From Eubacteriales bacterium (GTDB lineage: Bacteria > Bacillota > Clostridia > Oscillospirales > QAKW01): a stretch of 64,000 bases of DNA. Shown piece by piece: positions 17,290-27,310 of this stretch. The position numbers and the translations under genes are program-made. Under the pieces are notes generated by a model that did not search any database, was not told where the DNA came from, and saw only the letters and a list, made by a program, of their open reading frames with translations. The stretch is taken from NCBI GenBank assembly GCA_045541455.1, contig JAZQJA010000058.1:115-64114 (forward strand), given 5' to 3'. Position 1 is the first letter of the stretch. Each line of letters opens with the position of its first letter.

Positions 17290-18507
17290 ATGTTACTTAA
17301 TAATGTTGATTTTAATACTTATTTTAAAAATTATCCTGACGAAAACGGATATTTTGGCAAATACGGTGGAGCTTATGTAGATGATAATTTGCGTAAAGCT
17401 TTAAATGAAATCACCGAGGCTTATCTTACAATCTGTAAATCCAGTAAATTTATCACTGAACTTCGCAGAATACGCAGAGAATTTCAAGGTAGACCAACAC
17501 CTATCTCACATTTGGAAAGGTTGTCAAACAGTTTGGGCAATGTTCAGCTTTATGTTAAGCGTGAAGATTTAAACCATACCGGTGCTCATAAACTTAATCA
17601 CTGTATGGGTGAGGCTCTGTTGGCAAAATATATGGGAAAAAAGAAAGTAATTGCTGAAACCGGCGCAGGTCAGCATGGCGTTGCTCTTGCTACAGCTGCT
17701 GCATACTTCGGTTTGGAATGCGATATTTATATGGGTTCGGTAGATATAAAAAAACAGGCTCCTAATGTCGCAAGAATGAAAATTCTCGGTGCTAATGTTA
17801 TTGAAGTTACTCACGGGCTTGCAACATTAAAAGAAGCGGTAGACGCAGCGTTTGAAGCCTATAGTCATGATTATAAAAATGCAATTTATTGTATAGGATC
17901 TGTTTTAGGACCACATCCATTTCCACTGATGGTGCGTGATTTTCAAAGTGTTGTAGGAATTGAAGCTCGCGAACAATTTTTTAATATGACCGGAGAACTT
18001 CCTGATGCTATTGTCGCATGCGTTGGCGGTGGTTCAAATGCTGCTGGCTTTTTCTCGGGCTTTTTGAATGATAATGTTGATATTTATGGTATTGAACCGC
18101 TTGGTAAGGGGCCAAAACTTGGCGACCACGCAGCAAGTCTTTCTTATGGCACAGAAGGAATCATGCACGGATTCAACAGTATTATGTTAAAAGATGAAAA
18201 TGGCGATCCTGCACCTGTTTACTCAGTAGCAAGCGGACTTGATTATCCTTCGTCAGGACCGGAACATGCATTTTTGCGTGATATAGGCAGAGTAAAGTAT
18301 GATGTTGTTAATGATGATGATACTATTGATGCATTCTTTAAATTATCACGACTTGAGGGAATTATACCTGCTATTGAAAGTTCACATGCAGTAGCATACG
18401 GTATTAAACTGGCAAAAGAGTTAGGCAAAGGCTCTGTCCTTATTAATCTTTCAGGCAGAGGTGATAAAGATATGGACTATGTCATCGAAAAATACGGTAT
18501 TAGATAA
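17290..18507 (+). CDS. trpB: Stand-alone tryptophan synthase beta-chain-like PLP enzyme (TrpB family)
   Basis: [12 protein letters not shown]-lysine motif, GGGSNA and GRGDKD blocks. No trpA or other trp genes are in the window. Confidence 0.85.
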   Translation: MLLNNVDFNTYFKNYPDENGYFGKYGGAYVDDNLRKALNEITEAYLTICKSSKFITELRRIRREFQGRPTPISHLERLSNSLGNVQLYVKREDLNHTGAHKLNHCMGEALLAKYMGKKKVIAETGAGQHGVALATAAAYFGLECDIYMGSVDIKKQAPNVARMKILGANVIEVTHGLATLKEAVDAAFEAYSHDYKNAIYCIGSVLGPHPFPLMVRDFQSVVGIEAREQFFNMTGELPDAIVACVGGGSNAAGFFSGFLNDNVDIYGIEPLGKGPKLGDHAASLSYGTEGIMHGFNSIMLKDENGDPAPVYSVASGLDYPSSGPEHAFLRDIGRVKYDVVNDDDTIDAFFKLSRLEGIIPAIESSHAVAYGIKLAKELGKGSVLINLSGRGDKDMDYVIEKYGIR

Positions 18508-18525
18508 TTTTAAGAGGTGTTATAA

Positions 18526-20436
18526 ATGAGAGATGGTTTTATACGCGTTGCCTGTGCATACGGTGATGTAGTAGTTGCTGACCCTTTGTTTAATGCTGAT
18601 TCTATAATTGAAATTATAGATAAAGCTGATAAGAGTAACGTTAATCTTCTTGTTTTTCCCGAACTTGCGATAAGCGGATGTAGCTCTGCTGATTTGTTTT
18701 TAAATGATACATTACAAAACCAATCAAAAAAACAGTTGTTGAGAATAACTGAATTTACACGTGGTTTATATCCGGTTGTAGTAATTGGTGTTCCGATTTT
18801 TTTCAAAAATAAAATCTTTGATTGTGCTGCTGTTATTTATAACGGTGAGATTTTAGGTGTAGTTCCCAAAACTGGTCCGTCAAAATTTGGTGGGTTTTCT
18901 ACTGCATCAGAACTAGGCGGAGAGATTTTACATCTTTCTGTTGGAAATAAAACAGTACCGTTTGGCGCTAATATTATTTTTGAACATAATGAACTATCGC
19001 TATTTAAATTTGGTGTTGAAATTGGTGATGATTTAATGTTAATTGATAGCATTTCATCTTCTCTTTGCCGCAACGGTGCAAGTATTATTGTAAACACGGC
19101 AGCTTTCGGCGAAGATATTGGAGCTGACAAATATTTAACTCTTATGACTCAGTCTGCTTCATCTAAATGTATATCAGGCTATGTTTTGGCAAATGCACCT
19201 TATAGTGAGTCTACTCAGGAATGTGTATACTCTGGGCACCATATTATTTGTGAGAACGGTACGATTTTAAGAGAATCTAAACCTTTTTCAAATGATAACA
19301 TATTAATTACCGAAATTGATGTTAACCGCTTAGCTCACGATAGAATTAAATCTTCTGAATTTTCGGCAGAATTTTATAATAGAAATTCAAAAACTATATT
19401 TTTTAACCAAAATGTGATTAAACATGAGCTTACACGTAAAATAAACAAAAATCCTTTTGTGCCAAACAATAAAGATGAACTAGACGAACGTTGCGAGAAA
19501 ATTTTAAATATTCAATCCTACGGTCTTAAAAAAAGAATTGAGCACGCTCATGCAAACACCGTGGTAATTGGAATTTCGGGCGGTCTTGACAGTACTTTGG
19601 CACTTTTGGTTTGCGTTAGAGCTATGGATTTGTTAAAACGGTCCAGAAAAGATATTATTGCTGTAACTATGCCCGGATTTGGCACTACAAAACGAACGAA
19701 ATCTAATGCGGTTTTGCTTTGTGAAGGACTTGGAATAAGTGTAAGAGAAATTTCTATAGAAAACGCTGTAAGACAACATTTTGTTGATATAGGTCACGAA
19801 GAAGCGGTTAAGAATGTGACTTATGAAAATGCTCAAGCTCGCGAAAGAACGCAGATTTTGATGGATATAGCTAACCAAACTAACGGGATTGTAGTAGGAA
19901 CAGGAGATTTGTCAGAATTAGCATTAGGGTGGGCGACCTATAACGGAGATCATATGTCTATGTATGCTGTGAATGCATCTGTGCCTAAAACTCTTATTTA
20001 CCATATCGTTAGGTATGAAGCTGAAAATTGTGATAAAAAATTAAATAAGGTTTTGCTTGATATATTAGATACTCCTGTATCTCCGGAACTACTACCGGCA
20101 GATGAAAAGGGAAATATATCTCAAAAAACCGAAGATTTGGTTGGACCTTATGAACTACATGATTTCTTTTTGTATTATTTTGTGAGATTTGGTTTCTCTC
20201 CAAAGAAAATTTTTAATTTGGCTTTGAATGCGTATAAGGGTTTGTATGATAGCCACACAATTTTAAAGTGGCTTAAAATATTTTTGCGCAGATTCTTTAC
20301 ACAGCAGTTTAAACGTTCGTGCATGCCCGATGGTGTAAAAGTAGGAACAGTTTCTCTTTCACCAAGAGGTGATTGGAATATGCCTTCTGACGCATCATAT
20401 AATATTTGGATTAACGAACTGGAAGATATTAATTAA
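18526..20436 (+). CDS. nadE: Glutamine-dependent NAD+ synthetase (CN-hydrolase domain plus NAD synthetase domain)
   Basis: N-terminal nitrilase-like domain with FPELAISGC. C-terminal GISGGLDS PP-loop. 636 aa. Confidence 0.9.
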   Translation: MRDGFIRVACAYGDVVVADPLFNADSIIEIIDKADKSNVNLLVFPELAISGCSSADLFLNDTLQNQSKKQLLRITEFTRGLYPVVVIGVPIFFKNKIFDCAAVIYNGEILGVVPKTGPSKFGGFSTASELGGEILHLSVGNKTVPFGANIIFEHNELSLFKFGVEIGDDLMLIDSISSSLCRNGASIIVNTAAFGEDIGADKYLTLMTQSASSKCISGYVLANAPYSESTQECVYSGHHIICENGTILRESKPFSNDNILITEIDVNRLAHDRIKSSEFSAEFYNRNSKTIFFNQNVIKHELTRKINKNPFVPNNKDELDERCEKILNIQSYGLKKRIEHAHANTVVIGISGGLDSTLALLVCVRAMDLLKRSRKDIIAVTMPGFGTTKRTKSNAVLLCEGLGISVREISIENAVRQHFVDIGHEEAVKNVTYENAQARERTQILMDIANQTNGIVVGTGDLSELALGWATYNGDHMSMYAVNASVPKTLIYHIVRYEAENCDKKLNKVLLDILDTPVSPELLPADEKGNISQKTEDLVGPYELHDFFLYYFVRFGFSPKKIFNLALNAYKGLYDSHTILKWLKIFLRRFFTQQFKRSCMPDGVKVGTVSLSPRGDWNMPSDASYNIWINELEDIN

Positions 20437-20564
20437 TAGTTATTTTTATATATAAATTGTGTCGAAACTATTGACAAAAATTAAATAGTGTTTTAGACTA
20501 TATAATTATATAGAATTTTTACGGCTTTTGCTGATAAAAAATATTTATGAAATGAGGAAGAAAA

Positions 20565-21722
20565 ATGAAAAACTTCACAAGAATTGCTAGTGTTGTCGTA
20601 ATTGCTGTTATGTTATTCTGTCTTACAGCTTGCGGTAGCACAGGCTACACTGCTAACAACACTGAGTATGTTATTGGCGTTTCCGGTCCTTTGACAGGTC
20701 CTGCTGCTGTGTATGGCGTTGCTGTTCAAAATTCAGCTCAGATGGCTGTTGATGAAATCAATGCCAACGGTGGTCTTAACGGCGTAAAATTCAAGTTCGT
20801 TGCAACTGATGATACTCACGATGCAACAAAGGTTTCAACAAACTATTCATCAATGCTTGAGCAGGGTATGCAGGTATCACTCGGTACTGTTACTACCGCT
20901 CCTGGTCTTGAATTTACAAACCTTTCAAAAGAGGATAACGTATTTTTCCTTACCCCTTCAGCTTCTGGAGATGATATTCCGAAAAATGATAACGGTTTCC
21001 AAATGTGCTTTGCAGACGGTAACCAGGGTAAAGTTGCTGCTGATTATGTAAATGGTGTTTACAAAAATCAAACTATTGGTATCTTCTATAAATCAGATGA
21101 TGCTTATTCAAATGGTATTTACAAACAGTTTAAAGAGAATCTTGATGCTTCTATTAAAACTGTAGAAACAGTATTTACTGCTGCAAACGAAACTGATTTC
21201 TCAACACAAATTTCAAGCCTTAAAGATTGCAAATTTATCTTTATGCCTATCTATTATCAGCCCGCTTCAGTATTTATGACACAGGCTAAAGACATTATTG
21301 CTAAAGATGCAATTTACTATGGTTGTGATGGCTTTGATGGTCTTGCAGGTCAAATTGACCTTACAACTATTCCCCAGGAAATTTCAATGCTTTCGCATTT
21401 TGATTCAAATGCAACAACCGGTGCTGCTGCTGATTTCATCAAAAAATATACAGAAAAATATGATGCTGAAACTTTAAACCAGTTTGGTGCTTCTGCTTAT
21501 GACTGTATTTATGCTATTTACAACGCTATGAAAGCTGCTATTGATGCAGGCAAAGAAATTCCTGTAACAATTTCTGCTTCTGATCTTTCAGATATTCTTA
21601 AAGAGCAGTTTGCTGGTGACTTTACATATTCAGGTGTAACAGGTGAAAGCATTAGCTGGGATGAGACCGGTTATGTAACAAAAGCTGCGGTTAAGTATGA
21701 CCTTAAGAAAGCTGACGCTTAA
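20565..21722 (+). CDS. livJ: Branched-chain amino acid ABC transporter substrate-binding lipoprotein
   Basis: Lipobox LTAC, type-1 periplasmic-binding fold features, and operon context with livHMGF. Confidence 0.8.
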   Translation: MKNFTRIASVVVIAVMLFCLTACGSTGYTANNTEYVIGVSGPLTGPAAVYGVAVQNSAQMAVDEINANGGLNGVKFKFVATDDTHDATKVSTNYSSMLEQGMQVSLGTVTTAPGLEFTNLSKEDNVFFLTPSASGDDIPKNDNGFQMCFADGNQGKVAADYVNGVYKNQTIGIFYKSDDAYSNGIYKQFKENLDASIKTVETVFTAANETDFSTQISSLKDCKFIFMPIYYQPASVFMTQAKDIIAKDAIYYGCDGFDGLAGQIDLTTIPQEISMLSHFDSNATTGAAADFIKKYTEKYDAETLNQFGASAYDCIYAIYNAMKAAIDAGKEIPVTISASDLSDILKEQFAGDFTYSGVTGESISWDETGYVTKAAVKYDLKKADA

Positions 21723-21807
21723 CTAATTTATAAATTATTAATTAAATCGATTTGCCGGTGTAGATTTTCTGCTCCGGCAAATTGTCATAAATAATTGGGA
21801 AAATTTT

Positions 21808-22680
21808 ATGGAATTTATTGAAACATTATTAAACGGTTTAAGTGCTGGTGGTACTTATGCTATGATAGCGTTAGGCTATACAATGGTATATGGTATTGCT
21901 AAGATGCTTAACTTTGCCCATGGCGATATTATAATGGTAGGCGGATATGTTATTTTTGTAACTATGACCACCATAGGACATCCTCTTATTGGTCTACTTG
22001 CAGCTGTTGTTTTTTGTGTGCTTTTGGGTATTACAATTGAAAAAATTGCTTATAAACCGCTCCGCGGTGCTTCTCCTTTGGCTGTTCTTATTACTGCTAT
22101 CGGTGTTAGTTATATGTTGCAAAGTACTGCACAAATCATTTTTGGATCGTCTCCTAAAATGGTGATAATTGCTGAACTTGGTAATATTATGATTGGTGAA
22201 CTTAAGGTTCCTGTATATACAATTGTTACACTTGTTTGCTCTTTTGCTATTATGATAGTGCTTAGTCTTTTTGTTAAATATACAAGAATAGGTCGTGCTA
22301 TGATTGCAGTATCAGAAGATAAAGGTGCTGCTCAACTTATGGGAATCAATGTAAATGGTATTATCATGATAACTTTTGCAATAGGTTCTGCTCTTGCGGC
22401 ATTCGCAGGACTTTTTATGCTTTTAAAATCACCCAGTCTTTCGAATACACTTGGTGCCATGCCTGGTATTAAGGCATTTACTGCTGCAGTAATTGGCGGT
22501 ATTGGTTCAATTCCGGGCGCTATGATTGGCGGAATTCTTATGGGTGTTGTTGAAGCTGTTTCATTTAAAATTTCTGCTATTGCGCCTTATACTGATGCGA
22601 TAGAATTTTTAATTCTTATTATTATCCTTCTTGTAAGACCTTCGGGCATTTTAGGTAAAAAGAGAAGGGAGAAGGTATAA
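21808..22680 (+). CDS. livH: Branched-chain amino acid ABC permease LivH
   Basis: 290-aa polytopic membrane protein that resembles the LivH family, in operon context. Confidence 0.85.
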   Translation: MEFIETLLNGLSAGGTYAMIALGYTMVYGIAKMLNFAHGDIIMVGGYVIFVTMTTIGHPLIGLLAAVVFCVLLGITIEKIAYKPLRGASPLAVLITAIGVSYMLQSTAQIIFGSSPKMVIIAELGNIMIGELKVPVYTIVTLVCSFAIMIVLSLFVKYTRIGRAMIAVSEDKGAAQLMGINVNGIIMITFAIGSALAAFAGLFMLLKSPSLSNTLGAMPGIKAFTAAVIGGIGSIPGAMIGGILMGVVEAVSFKISAIAPYTDAIEFLILIIILLVRPSGILGKKRREKV

Positions 22681-23828
22681 TGGCTAACAAATTAAATAAT
22701 TTCAAGTGGAAACACTATATTAATTATATTGGTGTTTTTGCTTTTTCTTTGATATTTATTTTAATGTCACTTACCGGTTCAATGTCTTCATCAACAATTT
22801 ATCTAATTGAGAAAATTGCTATTTCTGTTATTTTAGCTGTTTCTTTAAGTATTGTTGTTGGATTTTTAGGTGAGCTTTCATTGGGCCATGCGGGATTTAT
22901 GTGTATTGGCGCATATTTAGGTGGTAAAACATCTCTTATATTAGAGCCTTTGGTAGGTGATGGTTTTCTTTCACTTTTAATTTCATTAATTGTAGGAGGA
23001 CTTATTGCTGCTCTTTGCGGTATTATTATCGGTTTACCGGCATTAAGACTTCGTGGTGACTATCTTGCAATTGTTACTTTAGCTTTTGGTGAGATTGTTC
23101 GCTCACTTTTTATGAATTCAAGTGATGAGTCGTTTGGTGGTTCTCTAGGCCTTTCTACACCAAGATATGATAAAAATGAACTTTTTATTTATGCTCTTAT
23201 ACTTGTTTTGGTATGTCTTGCAGTTTTACAAAACCTCATTCATTCAAAACATGGAAGGGCAATCACATCTATACGTGATAACGAGATTGCTGCACGTGCA
23301 ACAGGAATTAATGTAACAAAGTACAAACTGATTGTATTTACTGTTTCTTCTTTCTTCGCAGGTATTGCAGGTGTTCTTTATAGTTTTAGTAACTTCACTG
23401 TCCAAAGTACAAAGTTTAGTTATAACTATTCGATAGAAATTCTGGTAATGGTTGTTCTTGGAGGAATGGGTAATATAAGCGGCTCGATAATTGCTGCTAC
23501 TCTTATTACATTCCTTGATGTTAAACTTCAAACAATTCTTACCGGTAATCTTGCGGTATTACAAGATCTATTTTATGCCTTAATCCTTATTATTCTTGTA
23601 ATATATAATAATGCACCTGGACTTAAAGGATTTAGAGAAACTTACAATCTCAAAAATCTTTTAGCTAAATTTAAGAAGAACTCAAAGCACGACCACTCTA
23701 AAGTGCGTGATGATGAAGCTAAATGGGACCGTGTACCTACTAAGATTGATATGGACGAGGTTTTATCGGTTGATCTTCAACCGAGTAATTATTACTCACC
23801 TGATAAACGTCAAAAGGGGGATAAATAA
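22680..23828 (+). CDS. livM: Branched-chain amino acid ABC permease LivM
   Basis: Polytopic membrane protein. LRLRGDYLAIVTLAFGEIVR is a LivM hallmark. Confidence 0.85.
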   Translation: MANKLNNFKWKHYINYIGVFAFSLIFILMSLTGSMSSSTIYLIEKIAISVILAVSLSIVVGFLGELSLGHAGFMCIGAYLGGKTSLILEPLVGDGFLSLLISLIVGGLIAALCGIIIGLPALRLRGDYLAIVTLAFGEIVRSLFMNSSDESFGGSLGLSTPRYDKNELFIYALILVLVCLAVLQNLIHSKHGRAITSIRDNEIAARATGINVTKYKLIVFTVSSFFAGIAGVLYSFSNFTVQSTKFSYNYSIEILVMVVLGGMGNISGSIIAATLITFLDVKLQTILTGNLAVLQDLFYALILIILVIYNNAPGLKGFRETYNLKNLLAKFKKNSKHDHSKVRDDEAKWDRVPTKIDMDEVLSVDLQPSNYYSPDKRQKGDK

Positions 23829-23830
23829 CG

Positions 23831-24598
23831 ATGAAAACTGTGCTTAAAACAGAAAACCTCGGCATCTCTTTTGGCGGTCTAAAAGCTGTGCAGAACTTAA
23901 ATTTAGATATTAAAGAAAGACAGCTTTACGGTCTTGTTGGACCTAATGGCGCTGGTAAAACCACTGTTTTTAATATGATTACAGGTGTATATAAGCCTAC
24001 AACTGGTAGTTTCTGGCTTGATGGTGAAAACCTTACCGGTAAAAGTCAAGAAACTGTAAATCACAAAGGTATTGCAAGAACGTTTCAGAACATTCGACTG
24101 TTTAATAATATGACGGTAATTCGTAATGTACTTGTTGGACTTCATAATCAACCTGAATTTAAGTGTGGATTAATATCTAGCATTTTCCGTTTGCCACGTC
24201 ATTTTGAAACAGAAAAGAAAATGCGTGAAAAGGCAAAAGAAATACTCCGTATTGTTGGTCTTGAAGATGAAAGGAACAATCTTTCGTGTAATCTTCCTTA
24301 TGGTAAACAAAGAAAATTGGAAATAGCTCGTGCGCTTGCAACAAATCCAAAACTATTGTGTCTGGATGAGCCAGCTGCAGGTATGAACCCTAATGAAACT
24401 GCAGATCTCATGAATATAATACGTCATATACGTGATGAATACAATATCACTATTTTGCTTATAGAGCACGATATGAAGTTTGTTTCAGGATTGTGTGATG
24501 AAATTACAGTACTTAATTTTGGTACTGTTCTCAGCCAAGGTGTTCCAGAGGTCGCCTTAAACGATCCTGAAGTTATTAAGGCTTATATAGGAGGTTAA
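23831..24598 (+). CDS. livG: Branched-chain amino acid ABC ATP-binding protein LivG
   Basis: Walker A GPNGAGKTT, signature LPYGKQRKLEIA, Walker B LLCLDEPAAG. Confidence 0.9.
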   Translation: MKTVLKTENLGISFGGLKAVQNLNLDIKERQLYGLVGPNGAGKTTVFNMITGVYKPTTGSFWLDGENLTGKSQETVNHKGIARTFQNIRLFNNMTVIRNVLVGLHNQPEFKCGLISSIFRLPRHFETEKKMREKAKEILRIVGLEDERNNLSCNLPYGKQRKLEIARALATNPKLLCLDEPAAGMNPNETADLMNIIRHIRDEYNITILLIEHDMKFVSGLCDEITVLNFGTVLSQGVPEVALNDPEVIKAYIGG

Positions 24599-24602
24599 CG
24601 CT

Positions 24603-25313
24603 ATGGCATTATTAGAAGTAAAAGATTTAGAAGTATACTATGGTGTTATTAAGGCGTTAAAAGGTATAAGCTTTGAAGTTAATGAAGGCGAAATTGTGAC
24701 CCTTATAGGTGCTAATGGTGCTGGTAAGACAACAACAATGCAAAGCGTTATTGGCCTTATTCCTTCACGCCATGGTACTGTGATTTATGATGGAATTGAT
24801 ATTACAAAAATGCCATGTCATAAAATTGTCCAACATGGTATGTCACAGGTTCCGGAAGGTAGACGTATATTTCAGGAATTAACTGTATATGAAAATCTTT
24901 TAATGGGTGCTTATTCGCAAACAAAAAACACTAATTTTAAAGAAGATGTTGAGCGCATATATGAAAGATTTCCAAGGCTTTTTGAAAGAAAAAATCAAAT
25001 TGCAGGTACTCTTTCAGGTGGTGAACAGCAAATGCTGGCTATGGGCCGCGCCCTTATGAGCCACCCAAAACTGTTGATGCTTGATGAACCTTCAATGGGT
25101 TTGTCCCCGCTGCTTGTTGATCAAGTTTTTGAAATTATTAAAGACATTAATAAAGATGGTACAACTATTTTACTTGTTGAGCAAAATGCTGGTAAATCTC
25201 TTGCAATTTCAGATAGAGCTTATGTGCTTGAAACTGGAAGTATTGTGTTATCCGGAACAGGTTCGCAACTTGCTGCAAGTGATAAGGTTAAAGAAGCCTA
25301 TCTTGGTGGTTAA
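24603..25313 (+). CDS. livF: Branched-chain amino acid ABC ATP-binding protein LivF
   Basis: Walker A GANGAGKTT, LSGGEQQMLA, LLMLDEPS. Confidence 0.9.
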   Translation: MALLEVKDLEVYYGVIKALKGISFEVNEGEIVTLIGANGAGKTTTMQSVIGLIPSRHGTVIYDGIDITKMPCHKIVQHGMSQVPEGRRIFQELTVYENLLMGAYSQTKNTNFKEDVERIYERFPRLFERKNQIAGTLSGGEQQMLAMGRALMSHPKLLMLDEPSMGLSPLLVDQVFEIIKDINKDGTTILLVEQNAGKSLAISDRAYVLETGSIVLSGTGSQLAASDKVKEAYLGG

Positions 25314-25324
25314 TTAAAATTAAA

Positions 25325-25360
25325 ATGAGGTACTCTCCAAAAGGAGAGTATCTCATTTTA
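25325..25360 (+). terminator. Intrinsic terminator of the liv operon
   Basis: atgaggtactctcc-aaaa-ggagagtatctcat followed by a T-run. Confidence 0.75.
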
Positions 25361-25606
25361 ATTTTAAAATCATATCAAAAAGTAACCTTTATTGACAATG
25401 ACTAAGCAAGTTAATATTGTGTTACTTTTAAATTTTGTTAATAAAAATTGCATTTTTTGGATTAATATTTATATATTATTATTAAATCTACTATGATTGA
25501 AATAATCGTGCAACTATAGGTTGCAAGATTGTTTCAAAGTAAAGTTGGTAGATTGTTATATTGCGTCTTGTTATAATTACACTATAAAAGGAAAGTGAGC
25601 TAAAGT

Positions 25607-27229
25607 ATGAAAATCGGTGATAAGATATTAAAGTTACGAACTGAATCGAATATTTCACAAGAACAGTTGGCAGAAAAAATTTCCGTTTCCAGACAGTCTG
25701 TTTCAAAATGGGAAATGAATCAGGCTCTTCCTCAAATAGATAAAATATTGCAAATTTGTGATCTGTTTGATATATCTATAGAAGAATTGTTATATGAAAA
25801 ATACGACAATGCTGATAAAAAGATTAGCCAGTCAAATCAGAATAAGTATTTTGGAACTGATGGTTTTAGAGGAGAAGCAAATGTTGATCTTACACCAGAA
25901 CATGCGTATAAAATCGGGAGATTTCTTGGTTGGTATTATTCATCTAAACTTTCGGGTTGCTCTAATGCTAATTATAAGCCAAAAATAGTTGTTGGTAAAG
26001 ACACTAGAAGATCAAGCTATATGCTTGAATATTCAATAGTTGCAGGTATAACTGCATCTGGCGCGGACGCTTATATGCTTCACGTCACTACTACTCCCAG
26101 TGTATCTTATGTAACTAGATTAGATGGTTTTGATTGCGGGATTATGATTACTGCTTCTCATAACCCGTTTTATGATAATGGCATTAAAGTTATAAACCGA
26201 TTTGGTGAAAAACTGGATGACGATGCAACTTTGCTTATAGAATGTTATATAGATGGCAACTTGAATGCTTTGGGTGTTAAGGGATCTGACTTGCCACTAG
26301 CATATAGAGAAAAACTTGGATGTATAGTTGACTATGTTGCGGGTAGAAACCGATATGTAGCATATCTTATTTCATTAGCATCTCATTCTTATAAAAATTT
26401 GCGAATTGGTCTTGATTGTGCAAATGGAGCATCATGGTCAATTGCTAGGGCTGTTTTTGGTGCGTTGGGTGCTCAAACATATTTAATTGGTGATGAGCCG
26501 GATGGAATTAATGTTAATTCGGATTGCGGCGCAACTAACTTAGAAAAACTATCTAAGCTTGTTAAAGAGCAGCATTTGGATATAGGTTTTGCATTTGACG
26601 GTGATGCAGACCGCTGTATTGCGGTGGATGAAAACGGGAATGTAGTAGATGGTGATGGTATACTTTATATTTTGGGAAAACGACTAAAATCAAGAGGTAT
26701 GCTTAACGGAGATACGATAGTTTCTACTATTATGTCTAATAGCGGTCTTGGTACAAGTCTTGAAAAAATCGGTATTAAATGTGAGCAAACTACCGTTGGT
26801 GATAGATTTGTTTATGAATGTATGCAACAAAATGATTACGCTTTAGGTGGTGAGCACTCTGGACATATTATATTAAAAAAATATGCAACTACAGGAGATG
26901 GGCTTTTAACTGCTATAATGTTAACTGAGGAGTTGTGCGATACAAAACTTACATTGGGTGAACTGTCAGAACCTATAGTGTTGTACCCGCAAATTACAAA
27001 GAATATTAAGGTGAATGATAAAGAGTTGGTATTGAAAGACGATGAGGTTCTGAGATCTGTTGATAATGTCAAAAAATATATCAAAGGTAAGGGGAGAGTA
27101 CTTTTGAGAAAAAGCGGCACAGAACCGGTTATTCGTGTAATGGTTGAAACAGAGAGTATACAAAAATGCAAAGAATATGCAGATACAATATTGGAAACGA
27201 TTATTAAAAGAGGTTATAAGGTTGACTAA
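25607..27229 (+). CDS. glmM: XRE-family HTH domain fused to phosphoglucosamine mutase
   Basis: Residues 1-65 are an HTH_3 domain (NISQEQLAEKISVSRQSVSKWE). From about residue 88 the sequence reads KYFGTDGFRGEAN, the canonical GlmM N-terminus. Active-site TASHNP and GDGDADR are present. No in-frame ATG, GTG or TTG sits next to the enzyme N-terminus. Confidence 0.85.
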   Translation: MKIGDKILKLRTESNISQEQLAEKISVSRQSVSKWEMNQALPQIDKILQICDLFDISIEELLYEKYDNADKKISQSNQNKYFGTDGFRGEANVDLTPEHAYKIGRFLGWYYSSKLSGCSNANYKPKIVVGKDTRRSSYMLEYSIVAGITASGADAYMLHVTTTPSVSYVTRLDGFDCGIMITASHNPFYDNGIKVINRFGEKLDDDATLLIECYIDGNLNALGVKGSDLPLAYREKLGCIVDYVAGRNRYVAYLISLASHSYKNLRIGLDCANGASWSIARAVFGALGAQTYLIGDEPDGINVNSDCGATNLEKLSKLVKEQHLDIGFAFDGDADRCIAVDENGNVVDGDGILYILGKRLKSRGMLNGDTIVSTIMSNSGLGTSLEKIGIKCEQTTVGDRFVYECMQQNDYALGGEHSGHIILKKYATTGDGLLTAIMLTEELCDTKLTLGELSEPIVLYPQITKNIKVNDKELVLKDDEVLRSVDNVKKYIKGKGRVLLRKSGTEPVIRVMVETESIQKCKEYADTILETIIKRGYKVD

Positions 27230-27277
27230 TTATCTAAAATTGTAGTGGATTATGGTAATATTAAACTTTATAAATCT

Positions 27278-27309
27278 AAAAAGGGATACTATTGTAGTAT
27301 CCCTTTTTA
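27278..27309. terminator. Bidirectional terminator (glmM on +, HAD gene on -)
   Basis: aaaaagggatacta-ttg-tagtatcccttttt. Confidence 0.75.
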
Positions 27310-27310
27310 A

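Noticed and set aside
20460-20466. Perfect Spo0A-box heptamer TGTCGAA, 4 nt upstream of the -35 TTGACA of the liv operon
   Set aside because: A single 7-mer is expected several times by chance in 64 kb on two strands. There is no second box or other supporting evidence, so I did not call it a regulatory site.
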